Shown in pieces: positions 1 through 13,110 of a stretch of DNA of 64,000 bases (the first letter of the stretch is position 1; each line of letters opens with the position of its first letter). The stretch is from Tubiluchus corallicola (lineage: Eukaryota; Animalia; Priapulida), in contig JAQGDQ010000238.1 in the NCBI GenBank assembly GCA_030141605.1, forward strand, positions 248,001 through 312,000, read 5' to 3'. The position numbers and the translations under genes are program-made. Under the pieces are notes generated by a model that was given only the letters and a program-made list of their open reading frames with translations, did no database searches and was not told the origin of the DNA.

Positions 1-614
1 GGATTAACTGTAGCTTGAGTTGCTGTAGGTGCAGTGGTCGAACTGGAAGAACTCGAAAGTGCATTTAAAGAAACAAACTGACTGGCCATAGCACTGGGAA
101 TAATAAATGCTAATTCTCCTGTAGGAAGTCGACTAGGAATTACTTGAAGACCACCCAAGAGCCTTGACGAACTAAGTCCTTCACTACTGCTGTCAGCTGC
201 ACATATGGTACTACTTGGAAACTGGTGCACCGTGGGTACAACTCTAACACCACCTGAAATAATTTGACCATTAGGCAGTATGAGCGTTGGACTGACTTGA
301 GCAGTTTCCGTGTGGATGACTGGTGATCCTGCAGCACGTGCTGGATAAATTTGTGGTGTGACACCGTTTATTCGCTGCATTGTCCCAGCTAAGTGGTCAA
401 GCAGCCTAAGCTTGACGTTATTATCTATGCTACTGACATTGCTCATATAGCGCGTAACTTCCTCTGCACATTCTGTGAAACCTGCTCTGTATTTTCCCAT
501 GACGCTTGGATCTTCTGAAGCCGCGGCGGCAATCTGTTGCCTCTGCATGGTCTGCAGGTATTTCACTGTCATTTCCAAAATGTCAGCTTTTTCCAGCTTC
601 GAGTGACGGGAAGA
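1..614 (-). CDS. HES1: hairy/HES1-like bHLH-Orange transcriptional repressor, exon 3 (3' end beyond window)
   Basis: After acceptor tttcag (615-620) reads SSRHSKLEKADILEMTVKYLQ (helix 2), GKYRAGFTECAEEVTRYM...RLLDHL (Orange domain), GGLQVIPSRLPTGELAFIIP (HC domain); open to position 1; WRPW tail not in window. Confidence 0.95.
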
Positions 615-1914
615 CTGAAATATAAACAGATCACTATTTATAATGACCGTTTTAGAATCACACAGAGACTAAACTAGAATAACAAATAATCCAAAAAGCA
701 GTAGTGCAATAAACCTTGCAGACTACAATACGGACACTATGAACACCGTCGATGGTTATAATCCGGTTTCATAAATAATTCTTTTTACACGTTCCGTTCT
801 TTAGATTGAAACTACCTCTGCAGTTTGATAATTGTGAATACATGTCTTCATGTGTTTGTTTCACTTTTTGTAATTATATTTTTAATTATAGTAACTATTT
901 TTTACTGTTGTGCTTTGTACCCCAAACTAAGAACGTGGTTCTCAAACGCCCAGGTCGAATTTTTCCCATCTTCCTCAATCCCAGGCATTTTGGATCGTCA
1001 TTTTTATTTTTTACCATTTTAAGTTTGCGGCGCAGCAGTGGCAGTTGTTAGAAAGTTATGTTTGTGTATCTGTTAAACTTCTACTTGGATTAATATCTAA
1101 ATCATATTGGAGATAAGTACAAAAGTTCTTTCTTAAGTGCCGGGATAAGAAAGGGAGAATACTAGCGAATTCGTCGAAAAACAAAGCACTTATTTGAGAT
1201 CTAATACTACAAGGATAAACAAAATATACAGAGTATATGCACTCTTTCCTGTATGGAGTTCCTCTTTCATCTGTAATCCTCTCAATTCATCCTCTGGCAA
1301 AATTCCTCCCCTTATGTTTGAAATTTCTCCGCTATGAGCCGTTTGAGAATCACTGGCACAGAATAAATTTGAAACCTCTTAGAAGGGGAGGGGGCGAGCA
1401 AGATAAATTAATTTGATTAACATTGTTCTTCTCCACCGACAGTGACGAATTCTAAAAACAAGAATTTAGCCACAATCAATCAGTAGCTGTTCTCTTGTTT
1501 GACACGTTCTCGTCGCGAGCACCTCAGATTATTACTAAACAGAAGGCTACTTTTTGCTATTTAGGTTAGAAAAGAGACCGTGAGAAACGAGAGAGTAATT
1601 TTCGTAATTACCCACTCATATTTATATTACGTCTTTGTTTGCCCCATGAAAAGAAGGTACAATGGCCGCAGTATATACTTTTGTGAGCCATTTAACATTC
1701 TAGGACATCGAACCAGTTAAAATTAATTCAACGGGTCAGATGCACATTTCTTCAAAGACTTTTTTACTTGGCGGACGTAATACATGATAATGCAGCAGAG
1801 AAAAGAAAGTATTTTAACTTAACCTATTTCTGCTAAAGTAGGAAAGTTTGGCATAATACAGAATATATATATATGTGTATACGAAAAGAAGAAATCCATA
1901 ATGATAACAAATCT

Positions 1915-2345
1915 GATGAGGAAAACAAATTGCGAACATATCGAACCTTCGAGAAACAGTATCAGCTAGAAAATTATTTACTTTCTGGTTGTTTCAAATA
2001 TGCTATAAGAAAATTTACAAAAGTGAGAATCATATCACGCTTTGCGTGTTGAAAGAGGGAGGCACGTTAAACCTAGAAAAATCCCGACTGAGAATCGTAT
2101 ATGTACATATTGTTTAAGAAATGAAATCGAAGACGAAAAACACTCTGTTATAAAATGCCCATATTACAATGATCTTAGAGGAAAATTATGTAATATATAA
2201 TTATATAATTATACCAGAATGTTTCCTTATGAGCTTTTCTTATGAATTTTTCTTTATGCTGATCAATTTTTATTCTTTATGAGAAGTAGTGATTTAGAAG
2301 TTATTGATTATGTTGTTGCTTATTATTAAAAGCGTTTTTAAGACA
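1915..2345 (+). mobile_element. degenerate non-LTR retrotransposon ORF2 3' fragment in HES intron 2
   Basis: KLRTYRTFEKQYQLENYL ... LRVERGRH ... RICTYCLRNEIEDEKHSVIKCPYYNDLR (C-terminal CCHC), frameshifted. Confidence 0.75.
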
Positions 2346-2622
2346 TGGTGAACAATATGCTATGTAATGATCATATCACTGAAAATGAAGCCAAATAAGA
2401 GACAATCTACTTTAAATACTAATCAATAAACTTTTCATTTAAATAACTAAAATAACGAACAGGAGCGATTTTATAATATGTGTTTTTTCAGTAATTGCTT
2501 GTTTGTTTGCAGTGCCACTGTATTTCAAAATTGAAATGGTGTGTACGTCTTGTTGTTTTGTATCGTATGTACATTTGGCACGAATGAATACGAATAAATA
2601 ATATATTAGTTCTTGTATAGTT

Positions 2623-2829
2623 AGGAAGAAATGGGAAGAAGTCAAGCTTCAATCTGGGCCTGGATTCGAACCATGGACTTATATATTACAATGATCCCTG
2701 GATTGATTCTTTGGACTGACATCCAAGGAAGAAATGGAAAGAAGTCAAGCTTCAATCTGGGCCTGGATTCGAACCATGGACTTATATATTACAATGATCC
2801 CTGGATTGATTCTTTGGACTGACATCCAA
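2623..2829 (-). repeat. 103-bp tandem duplication containing a Pol III B-box (SINE-like)
   Basis: Two near-identical 103-bp units; each has GGATTCGAACC = GGTTCGAATCC on minus. Confidence 0.7.
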
Positions 2830-4575
2830 TGGTTCCAGATCGACAAGCAGATTTATTTGGGGGCGTCTGATACCCTTCTATTAACCCACTATTAATGTGA
2901 TTTTCAGCGTATTACCTGGGTTTGGTTTACTTTGCATGAATTAGAGACTAAAACGCGTTTTGTAGATACAGGTAAGAAATTTTTCAAGTTTCTGCAGCTG
3001 TTAGGCCTCGAGGCAGGTGATTGATCTCTGAGATTCATCAAATGATTCCACAAATCTGTTTATGCCATTAATGTCCAGTTTGCCCAAGAATATTCAAGAA
3101 CGACATGCACAAATATACTGTCTGAAGTAAACTACTGTATGTAACAAAGATTAAATTTCTTCTTTATATTACATCGGAGGAAGTTTGTACATAGTTTTCA
3201 TTACATCATTTCTAACGAATTATATTTTCCAAGCGTATTTTACACAGACTGCTAGAATTTGTTATGTTAAATTTTCTTCGTAAGATCAATTACACCCCTA
3301 TCTGAATTAATGTCTTCCATTTTAGGCATTTTTGCCATCTCTTAATGCTGCAATTAAAAAATTATTAAAGCCCCCCTCCCGTCTTCCGCGTCCTAGCACA
3401 CATGTTGCATAGCCGCTGATATGTATTCTTTCCACCTATAGCGGTTTATCAACGGTCAAAAGTTTGCAAACTGTTGTATTCACACGACAGATTGAAACTT
3501 CCCAAAGTAGCTTTTCTTCGGAGCGGCATGCCCGTTTGTAATAACCGTTCTCAAGAGCACGAAAATTCCAACATCACTGACGAGTGACGACATAATAAAA
3601 GCGAAAACGTTTAACGTTTAAACCGCAAACGGTGGAAAATAATCGCATTTCTGGTTTACTCGGCTTGTAAGGTTCATACACAAAGCAATCCAATACTCAC
3701 TTTCAAGTATGGCAGATAGTAATCTTTATCTAACTGAACACTAAATTATGGACTTCTTTTTATTGTTGAATTTTGTACGATTTTGCAACCATATCACTCA
3801 TTTAGTGTAAAAACTTGTGTTTAATAATGTGAAAATTCACTAATTAAGAATAATCGAAATTGCTCTTTACACTGCAGCAAAAAAGCGTCTCAAAACAAGT
3901 TAAATAGACATAATAATAGTTGTAATATCTTTCTTCTACACTAAAGAAGTAATTAACTCGTGTACTTGAAAGAAAAGTTTAACAATTTCGTAATAGCCCA
4001 TCAAAGGATACATACATGCAACGTACAAACATACATACATGCAACGGATACATTTTTTGTGCGAGTGCCATGAAAATGCACTTTATAGATCACTGTACGC
4101 ATTAAATTATAGTAATATTGCAAATTTATTTGATGGAGAATTAATGTCAATAGGTAGTTTCATTTACGACTGTATGCATAGATTTGTGAATTAAATAGTA
4201 TAGCTTTGTTAGCGGATATATAACCGCATCACGGAGATTATCATATAGGTAAAATATTTGTTTAATACATGTGTACAAATGCTTAGTAAATAGTTTTTTT
4301 TCGCTTCATGGAGCTTACAACTGAATTTGTATATCTGTATGTATACCTGTGCAGCTATGTTGAGTCAAATTGTTAGTATGATCTGGAAATCATTACCTGA
4401 GCTCTGCCCGCTGATAAAACCATCGGGTGTAATTTGTAATTTTCGTGTTGGAAATGTGATTTTCAGAAATAAAAGATCTATCTATCTACAATTAACACAG
4501 TACGGATACAATTAACACAGCTGACAATCTGTGCATCATAATTTCTAATCACTATAATTACTGTACTTCACCTAC

Positions 4576-4671
4576 ATCTTTTTTCATGGCATCCAGTATG
4601 AGAGCTTTCAGTTCTCCTAAACTTTGATTTATTCGAGCACGCCTTCGCTTTTCCATTATTGGTTTCGAGCT
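4576..4671 (-). CDS. HES1: hairy/HES1-like gene, exon 2 (basic region, helix 1)
   Basis: 96-nt phase-0 exon [32 protein letters not shown], flanked by tttcag and gtagg; HES-diagnostic proline in basic region. Confidence 0.96.
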
Positions 4672-5071
4672 CTGAAAAGTTTACGAAAAATTGCATTTAC
4701 ATTAGTATGAAGCACACAGGGAATCACAACTCTGGGTGTAATTTTCTCTGTTACCTATTAATTCTTGAATTGCACTGATTCGAAATCAAACTGACTAAAA
4801 CTGACTATTTATGCATCAAAGACTGTATAAAAATAAGCAGAGAAAAGAGGGGGGTAAAAACAGTTTTGTAGACGAAAAAATAAGTATGAATGCATACACG
4901 AATCTTAGGAAATCGGTTTAAATTATTAAGTTTTGACGTCTTGCAAACTTAAACCTCGATGAAATCTTTATTTGGCGGCACGTAAACGAGTATAAAGAAA
5001 CACAAAACAACTTAAACTTGTTCCTCGGCCCGAAGAGATTTAATACAAATAGCTATTAAAACTTTACAAAC

Positions 5072-5158
5072 CTTTCTGTTTGATTTGGTTGCCGTTTTTC
5101 CAGCTGGCGGTGTTTCAGATGTATCACTTGATACGTCTTGATCTTCCTCCTCGTTCAT
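5072..5158 (-). CDS. HES1: hairy/HES1-like gene, exon 1
   Basis: ATG at 5158, MNEEEDQDVSSDTSETPPAGKTATKSNRK then GT donor; joins in phase 0 to give the canonical RK|SSKP junction. Confidence 0.88.
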
Positions 5159-5506
5159 ATTTGATCGATTCTTATCGTTTTCAATCATGCAAAAGTTGTG
5201 AGAAATATAAGTGGTCCAATGCCTCCAGTCACTGCTGCTCTGTACAATATTTGCGACACTATTTCATTCAAAAATCCTGAAAAGTCAGCTATTTTATCAA
5301 GTAAATTATGTAAATGTCAATGATGCAAAACCCCAATAAAACTTCTAGGCAATTAAGTTTTTCTTAAATGCGTTTACACTTAGCGTTTGTACACATGCGT
5401 TGAAAAGCACTTTTCATCAAAATTGCCTGTCATCAAATGCGAGTATTTTCCAAGTGCGTAAGTCAGGCGTACGAACGTCACACCCCGCGCACGATCCGCA
5501 TACGAC

Positions 5507-5590
5507 TGTGGGAAAGCCAAACCCACTGCAAACAGCCGCGGGTAAATGATAAACACACCTTGAATACCTGTGCAGCGCGGCGCGTGTGAA
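5507..5590. promoter_or_regulatory. HES proximal promoter: CSL/Su(H) sites and class-C (CACGCG) box
   Basis: TGTGGGAAA at 5507-5515, CGTGTGAA at 5583-5590 overlapping CGCGTG (CACGCG on minus) in a locally CpG-rich patch 350-430 bp upstream of the HES ATG. Confidence 0.55.
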
Positions 5591-6145
5591 CTCATGCCGG
5601 ATGTCTGTACTTGATTTCAGTAATAGTGCAAACTTGAAATACTAAGCTATGCTATTGCATTTTTAACTCCTTCATCCTACGTTTTTCATTACTGGCGTAA
5701 CAGTTTTCACACCTGTGAACAGCAACATTAGAAATAAAATCAATATCGAGCGTGCTTGTAGTTGCCTAGACTCTTTGGGTCTCACCATCATGAGTACAGG
5801 TGTAGATTAAATGCCGTGCTTGGTCGACTTTGAGGCGTTATAAATGCTCTAGGAAAATTATAATACAAACAAGTTTGGAACGACCCAATGTCATTCCCAT
5901 TAGTTCCGATAGCCCTATTTTAGAATTGTCATTTAAAAACACAAGACTGCAGTGTCCTCTTATCCTTGCCAATGGACGGATACTGAATGCTGAATGGTGC
6001 CTTCAACTTTACAGTACAAAACAGTTTTTCACGCATTTGCATTTCATGTACAAATTGCGCAAACAAAGCTAATGACCAGCCGACTTAAGAAATTGCAATG
6101 AAAAGATGAAAAAGTGAGCACGTATCTAGAGAGTTCGTACACCAA

Positions 6146-7741
6146 AGCGGTCAAAGCGCCACCAATCAAAGGATCACAGTCCAAACGACCACCAGACAAA
6201 TGGCCACTGGTGAAAGATTCACTTGAAAAAGCAAAGGACCACCAATGAAAGGACCACCACAAAGCACACCACGATGTCAACCAAAAAACCATTTGAGATA
6301 CATTTTGCTTTGTGTTAGATAGTTATATTACACATATGATTTGGAGAGGTTAAATTGAAAAGTTCTGCCTTATTTATTTGTCAGTACTTTCCACTAGGCT
6401 AGAAATACTGTTTTTATCTGTTAAATAATCCGATACAAATGTAAAGTAAAAAACACTTTAAACAGTTTTTTAAAATTAAAATACAATTTTTTACAACTTT
6501 TAAAAGGTTTAACAAAACAGTTTAGAAATAACACCATACAGATGTATTAGTGACAATTGTTATCAGTTAACTGAAACATCTAGTTTTAATCAAGATATTT
6601 CTTTCTACAGTGCCTGACTACTTTAGGCATTTAACTAGAAAATACTCATTCAAAAATAGTACAAACTTTTGTGACTTGGAGTTAATAACGTTCACATTTG
6701 ATATGCAACTCACAATAACTGATTTCAGTTTTTTCAGAATTTTATCTTTCCCACGGGAGCTAAGGTGTTACAGTAATTAGAAAGAAATCGGTAGAACACA
6801 GCGAAGTTTCTTTTTATAAGAACGGTACACCTGCGTAAAGTTTTGGCTGCGACAATGTGGGACCATTATTTCGGAACCTGTCACCGTTTGGCACAAATTA
6901 AAATCAGACAGAGGGGGTAACTTGTTTCATACCTTCCTTGCACAGATCGGTAAACATTAAAACATTTCCCAATGACGACAAATGATTTGTGAAAGTATTT
7001 TTTAGTGTTCTGAAACACGGTCTGCAGTATGTGAATTATGTCATTATCCAGATGTAGTATTGAAGAAATACCAAACCTATAAAAAGTCAGAGACGACAAT
7101 TAAACCAGCGACACCAGTTATAAAATGGCATTTTCATATTAAAAAAATTAAACACTCAATCCTCAAACCTACTTGATAAAAACAACTTTTCGTTAATGTT
7201 TTTAAAGCATCTACTAACTCGTTTTATCTGTCAGTCTTGTGTATGTTGTTGGAGTTTTACCTGTTAGTCTAGACTGCAGCTGAGTGTTTTAGCTTCTCTT
7301 ATTATATATGTGCACTTATCAATCACTATTATTAAAACCGAAACTCATTAAGATAATGATTATTAAATAAAATATTATCTGGAAGCAAAAATCGAAATTT
7401 TTCTCAAACTACTATCAAGCTGTCAGCACATCGACTTGCGATCCTCGGTCTGCCCCTTTGACAGGTGGTCTTTTGGCTACTTTTATGGCGCGTTCAGACC
7501 AGAGAGTTCTCTCGCAAGTTCTCTTTGAGAGTAAACTTGCAAGTGTGAACGGCTTTGCAAGTTCTCTCGCCAGTTATTGGGCAAGAACTCTCGGCAACTT
7601 TGGCAGAGTTTGCATTTTTTGCAATAAAGTGCGAGAGAATTTGGAATTTACTGTCAGGTAGAACTTGCGAGAGAAAAGTCTGGATCCACTATTAAAGTGC
7701 CGAAGGTGGTTCTTTGTCTGGTGGTCCTTTGACCGCCCACC
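6146..7741. mobile_element. putative non-autonomous DNA element with repeated inverted subterminal motifs
   Basis: GCGGTCAAAG..CCACCA..CAAAGG motifs at 6146-6290 are mirrored by GGTGGTCCTTTGACCGC-type motifs at 7460-7741. Confidence 0.4.
7487..7689. mobile_element. Harbinger-like MITE (GGCGCGTTCAGAC end)
   Basis: Imperfect TIRs, TAT direct repeat at 7484-7486/7690-7692; same family as 38142-38585. Confidence 0.55.
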
Positions 7742-9479
7742 CTTATATAGTATACTTGTAACGCTCTGCTACAAAACAGAGTGCAAAAGTCCTGTTATTA
7801 TTACGCTGACAGCATGACACACATAATGAAAATAATGTACTTTTTTCGTGATATAGTTTCAATTACCAGCGTGTTCCCGTTTTTCACGTTATCAATGTTA
7901 TTAATGACTTGTAAAGTTTATAAACCGTCCATCATCTTTGAATGTACAAAGTCACGTTCCTGAATGAAACATGTTTAATAAATAGAAAAAAAGCGTTAAC
8001 GTCATGACAAACTCGTACAACAATATAATAGAACGCCCTAGTTGTCATTCGACAAGATATAGATTCTAAACGACTTAAACGCCGGGGTCCTTAAACACTA
8101 AACAGAATCAAGAATTAAAGAATGACGTTAAGACAAAAAACTAAAGTCGGTACAAATTTCATTAAACATTAATTCTGTTACTAGCACTTAACGCGCACTA
8201 GTTGTATTAACTCGGTACCTACCTTATAATTTAAATTTATAGACAATTTACCTAACCGGTGGGCAATCAAAAATTACGAACCTTAAGTAAGCATTGCGGA
8301 GACTTTCATCAGCCTAGTGGCGTCATCTATGAGTAGCCATGAGCATATGACTACAGGTTACATGAGATCTCACTAGCAAATTAGTCTCTCTACCTCTAGA
8401 TCATTCTCTAGTGAAATTTAGGAAAGCATACACAGAAATTTGACTTCTTCCGATGTACGAGTAGCTCAAATGGGATAAAATGGTGACAATTTTATCTAAT
8501 TAAAAAAACATAAAAGTAGTTAAGGGCAGTTTAGAAAACACTACTTGACATTTTACATAATGAAAAGTTCAAAACAAGTCTAAAATATACCAACCAAGCA
8601 AATGTTCATATAAGTTACTCTTTTGCAACTTTTGCAAATTGGGCGTGCTTAGCAGAAGGTAGGAAATTATGATAATTACGGTAATTTTTATCACATGAGC
8701 AGATTGCGCCATCAATAAGCCCATCATCTGTTTTCAGTCCATGAAACAATGTACTCTAACACTGTAACGCAGTGCGGTATTAGTTGTATAGGAAAACAAA
8801 CTTAACGAATTTTAGAGTTATTTTTAACATTAACACCACTGCTTAAAGAATACACAGCATGCAATTTCTATCACAAATTCCAGAACTTAAATTTTAATTT
8901 TTTTAGCCAACAACAGATGGCGCTGCACGCCAATGTGTGTTGTGAATTTGTGATTCCGCAATATGGTACTGAGGTTCTTTTGTGATTAGCTAAAACGTAA
9001 ACATTTTAGCGACATTTTGCTACACTAGTGGTTTAAGCATACAACACCCAGGAAATTCTGTTAAAAAAGCGAGTCAATTAGGCCTAGGCCTGCACAACGT
9101 TCAGTCTTGATTTTACGGGACATTAAACGAACCTTCATTTTTCTGTCAGAACAATGCAAATGTATGATTGTACAGAATGCAAATGTACAGATTTCACAAT
9201 TAACGTAACACAAACATGACAGAAACTCTTGCAACAGCTGGATCGCTAAAACTTTAACAAAGACAGCTTAGTTAACATGTTTCAGGGGCAACTGACAATC
9301 AAAATCTATCACTGTCTTCACAATGATCAACCTCTTCATGTGATCCGGGCAAACAAACTAAGTAAATTCGACTGCCGTTTTGTTAAAATTAAATCATTCA
9401 ACAAGTAAAACAAAATGTAGATACGTTCGTTTGAAGTCAACGAATTGAAAAAAAACTACTCACACAGTGATTAAAAGTC

Positions 9480-10340
9480 CAATTGCAATAGTCTTCAACA
9501 GAAGATACTAACTAAAGGAACACGCAGACAGGGTAAGGAAGCTTGTGTAGTCAGCAGCTGGAGGCCATTTTTAATTTTAAATGAAACGTCACTCAAGAAC
9601 AAGTTTTCTAAACCCAGAACAGACGAAAATTGGGAAAACTATCGTAAGCAAATAAAATGTCGCACTCAGGAATTCCATTCAGGAATATTTCAAAGAGGCT
9701 AAATTCAGATACTTCTGGCCTACAGTGAAGCCCTTTTTATCAAGAAATTGCGACTACATTTCCTCAAAATGATCAAGTTCGGCAAAATGACAGTATTGTA
9801 ACAGAAGGCGCTACCCTTTTGATATTTTTTCAAAGCAGCTCTGCCAGTTCACTAATGCAAAAGCCAATTTTATATCAGAATCGTTCGTCTCGTCCGCTTG
9901 CAAGATGGACACAAAACTGTGGACTTGGCTAACGGATGGTGGTAATGTTACTGTCGTGAAATTTGTACAATCCACAGAAAGCTAAATATGTGGAGCTAAA
10001 TTAGCAAAATTTAATATAAAGAAAAGAGCAAACTGTGATGACATTCCAGCCGTACTGCTCAACTGGCACATTTAATGCTAATAAATTCCTGATATGACTG
10101 ATATTCCTGTGTGCATATTTTCTTGTACTGGGAAGCTTGCAAAAGTTACAGCAGTGCATAAAGGAAAGTAAACTAAAACCAGTCAGTGTACTTACAAGTC
10201 ATGTCGAAAATATTTGAGGAAAAAATGTACGATCGGTTAAAAGCAATTGTAACACCCATGTTTTTTAGGTATCTTTTGGGGTTCAGAAATTCATTGAGGT
10301 TGTAATGAAGTTTTGCTAAAGTCATCGGAAGATTGGAAAA
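9480..10340 (+). mobile_element. highly decayed LINE (CR1/L2-like) RT fragments
   Basis: Remnants such as NWENYRKQ, WKLAKVTAVHK-like and GFR motifs with many stops/frameshifts. Confidence 0.45.
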
Positions 10341-12736
10341 TAGCACTGAACAATGGGGTAGACTCATTTCTCAGAAAGTTTTTTTGCCAGAAAAGTACGT
10401 TTGCAAAAAAGGTTTGTAGAAATAAAAACTATCGTTAATGAAAAGTTAAAAAGTTAATTGGTTTATGTTAATTACTTGTCTGCTGCTTGAGGGAATCGGT
10501 GCTCAGTTGGCCAAAATGATTACTTGGGCATTTAGGATGTGAGCATGTTGCGCCATCTACTATTCAGATCTTTAAATAAAAGGGACACCAACGCATAAAA
10601 ACAAATAAAACTACCATAGACTTAGGTAACTGCTAATTTTTAAGTGGAAAATGTTACTTTAGAGCCTTTATTCTCGCTCAGTATTTTTGACTCAAATATC
10701 ATTGAGGCTGAACTGAAAAACAGTAACATTCGGTTTGTTTCTCGCCAACAGATGGCGCGAAATACATATCAGACAGCTTTCAGCGTACACTAGTGTACTT
10801 ACACTACTGTATAGTAATTCTAAAATATTGACCGGCAATCAACAGTGCAATTGGCTAGTTTCAAGATTATCGGTAATAATCATTAAGAGTGATGGAGTTA
10901 ACCAACAGTTTTTAAGTCTTTAGGCCCAAGTTGTCCAAAGAGTAAAAAATGAACCCGAACTTTCAATTTTTTTCTTTGTGATCATTATTTGTTTTCAAAT
11001 AATTATGAGAATTCATCAATTATTATAAATAGCAGCGATTTAGCTGGATCATAATATACTGTATTGTAAAAATGGCGGACTTCAATGCTACACAGTGTCT
11101 TTTAACTTTATTTACAGTCTAATTATTTCACATTGTTTAATTTCACTCAAACATCGCCACGTATCAGGCTTTAGTTGTTATTGCCATAAATACAGAACTT
11201 TAAATTCTGAAACATGGCAGAACTTTGTATTGAGATTGCAGATAACATCTACTAAAGCCGCATAAAAACTTGTTAAAATATCGATTTTGTATACAGGCAA
11301 AAGTAAAAAGACTGCATGTAGGATTTCTGAGAAAAACAAACGAGCAAAAGTGAATAGCATACATGAAAGACGTACAGAATAATAAAATTTAATGGAAACA
11401 TGTCCAAGCAAAATTGTAAAATAGTGATTTAGTATTTTAATACTCAGCAGAGGAGTTTAAACAACATAAAATAACAATATAGCAATATTTAGTGATGCAG
11501 TAATTTAGATTATGGAGTATTACATTTTGCGTAGATCCAAGCTGCTGTAAAAACATCCGATTCAAATGATACTGACCTTGCCAGCAGGTCAAATAAAACA
11601 CGAACAAATAAACCATTTTGCAAATTTTGTCTAAACAATACAATCTCAATAATTATTAGTCACGCAACTTTGATACCAGAGCGCAATAAAAAGGCCACAA
11701 TAGAGAACATGTGCCGGTACAATAGATATATCTTAAATTTTAAAGTGACTCACACCTTAATATAATCTCAAGCTGATTTCATTATCATTAATTTTAGTAA
11801 AACATCAACGCACCTATCCAACAGTTATCATAGTTATTGTAATAAGTTAAATAAAGCTTATCATGTGTTTCCCTTATTCTTTTTGATGATCTAATACAGT
11901 CAACAAATCATTTAACACTCCCCTATGCAAAAATATAGACCTAGTTTAGTTTAATTCCAATTATTGTCAGCAAACGACCATGCACGAGTACCACATACAC
12001 ATAACACACAATAAATTTCTTAAAAATAGACTCCTGGAGATTATGGTGATGATTTTAACAACGTGCATAAATGGATAACTCATAGTTGATTTTGAACTGT
12101 ATTTGCCTTGTGCGTTTGCTCTACATAAAAATATACAAAAAACATACCATTTGGAACTGCCATGTGTTGATTGGTGGAAATGACATCGGTTACCAATAAA
12201 GTACAAGTACGTATTTAACAACACATGCAGTGGTTAAGAATCATTATACGGTACAACATATCTGAATTGTTCAGCACACCACAGTGCAAAATAAAGTTTT
12301 ACAAATTCATTTATACTCAAGAGTCGATTTGACATACATTTTTATATCACGAAGAAAATTTAACTGAATGTTCTATTTCGTACATACTCTTTCTGCATAT
12401 AATGTGTAAATAATGAAATTACTTCACTCTAGTGTAAATAATTTAGATAGCATTATTTAGAAACTTATTTCATTCTCGTTCTATTATTTATGTTAATATG
12501 TCAAATTATTAAGCAAACAGAAGACAAAAAACAAACACACATGACGTAAGTATTTGTTGCTGAGGGGTGCCACTACTGTAAAATCAAAGCAACTGAGATT
12601 TTGAACAAATCTACAAAGGTTTTTGTGCGCCCAATGCTTAAATTGTGTTTCAAACCATTTCAAAATAATAACAAAAAACTTCTTTGGATAGGGAATACAT
12701 CATCAGCATTAGGCTATATCATGCTGATTTAACATA

Positions 12737-13110
12737 AGTTTATAGGAACAATAAAATGTCTAAATAATGAAGTTTTAATCTATGATGATCTACACCACAT
12801 TCGCATGCCACAGTCCTTGATTTATATTCAACAAACTAAACAAATGTAAGGCAGTGAAGGTCACATTAAAGGACACTGCAGTATAGGTAATAAACTTATA
12901 TGAAAATTCTATCAGAAGTTTTTAGTTTATAGGAACAATAAAATGTCTAAATAATCAAGTTTTAATCTATGATGATCTACACCACATTCGCATGCCACAG
13001 TCCTTGATTTATATTCAACAAACTAAACAAATGTAAGGCAGTGAAGGTCACATTAAAGGACACTGCAGTATAGGTAATAAACTTATATGAAAATTCTATC
13101 AGAAGTTTTT
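12737..13110. repeat. 187-bp tandem duplication of SGPP 3' coding end and proximal 3' UTR
   Basis: 12737-12923 matches 12924-13110 with about one mismatch. Confidence 0.9.

Noticed and set aside
140-364. 74-aa ORF
   Set aside because: Alternative frame inside HES exon 3
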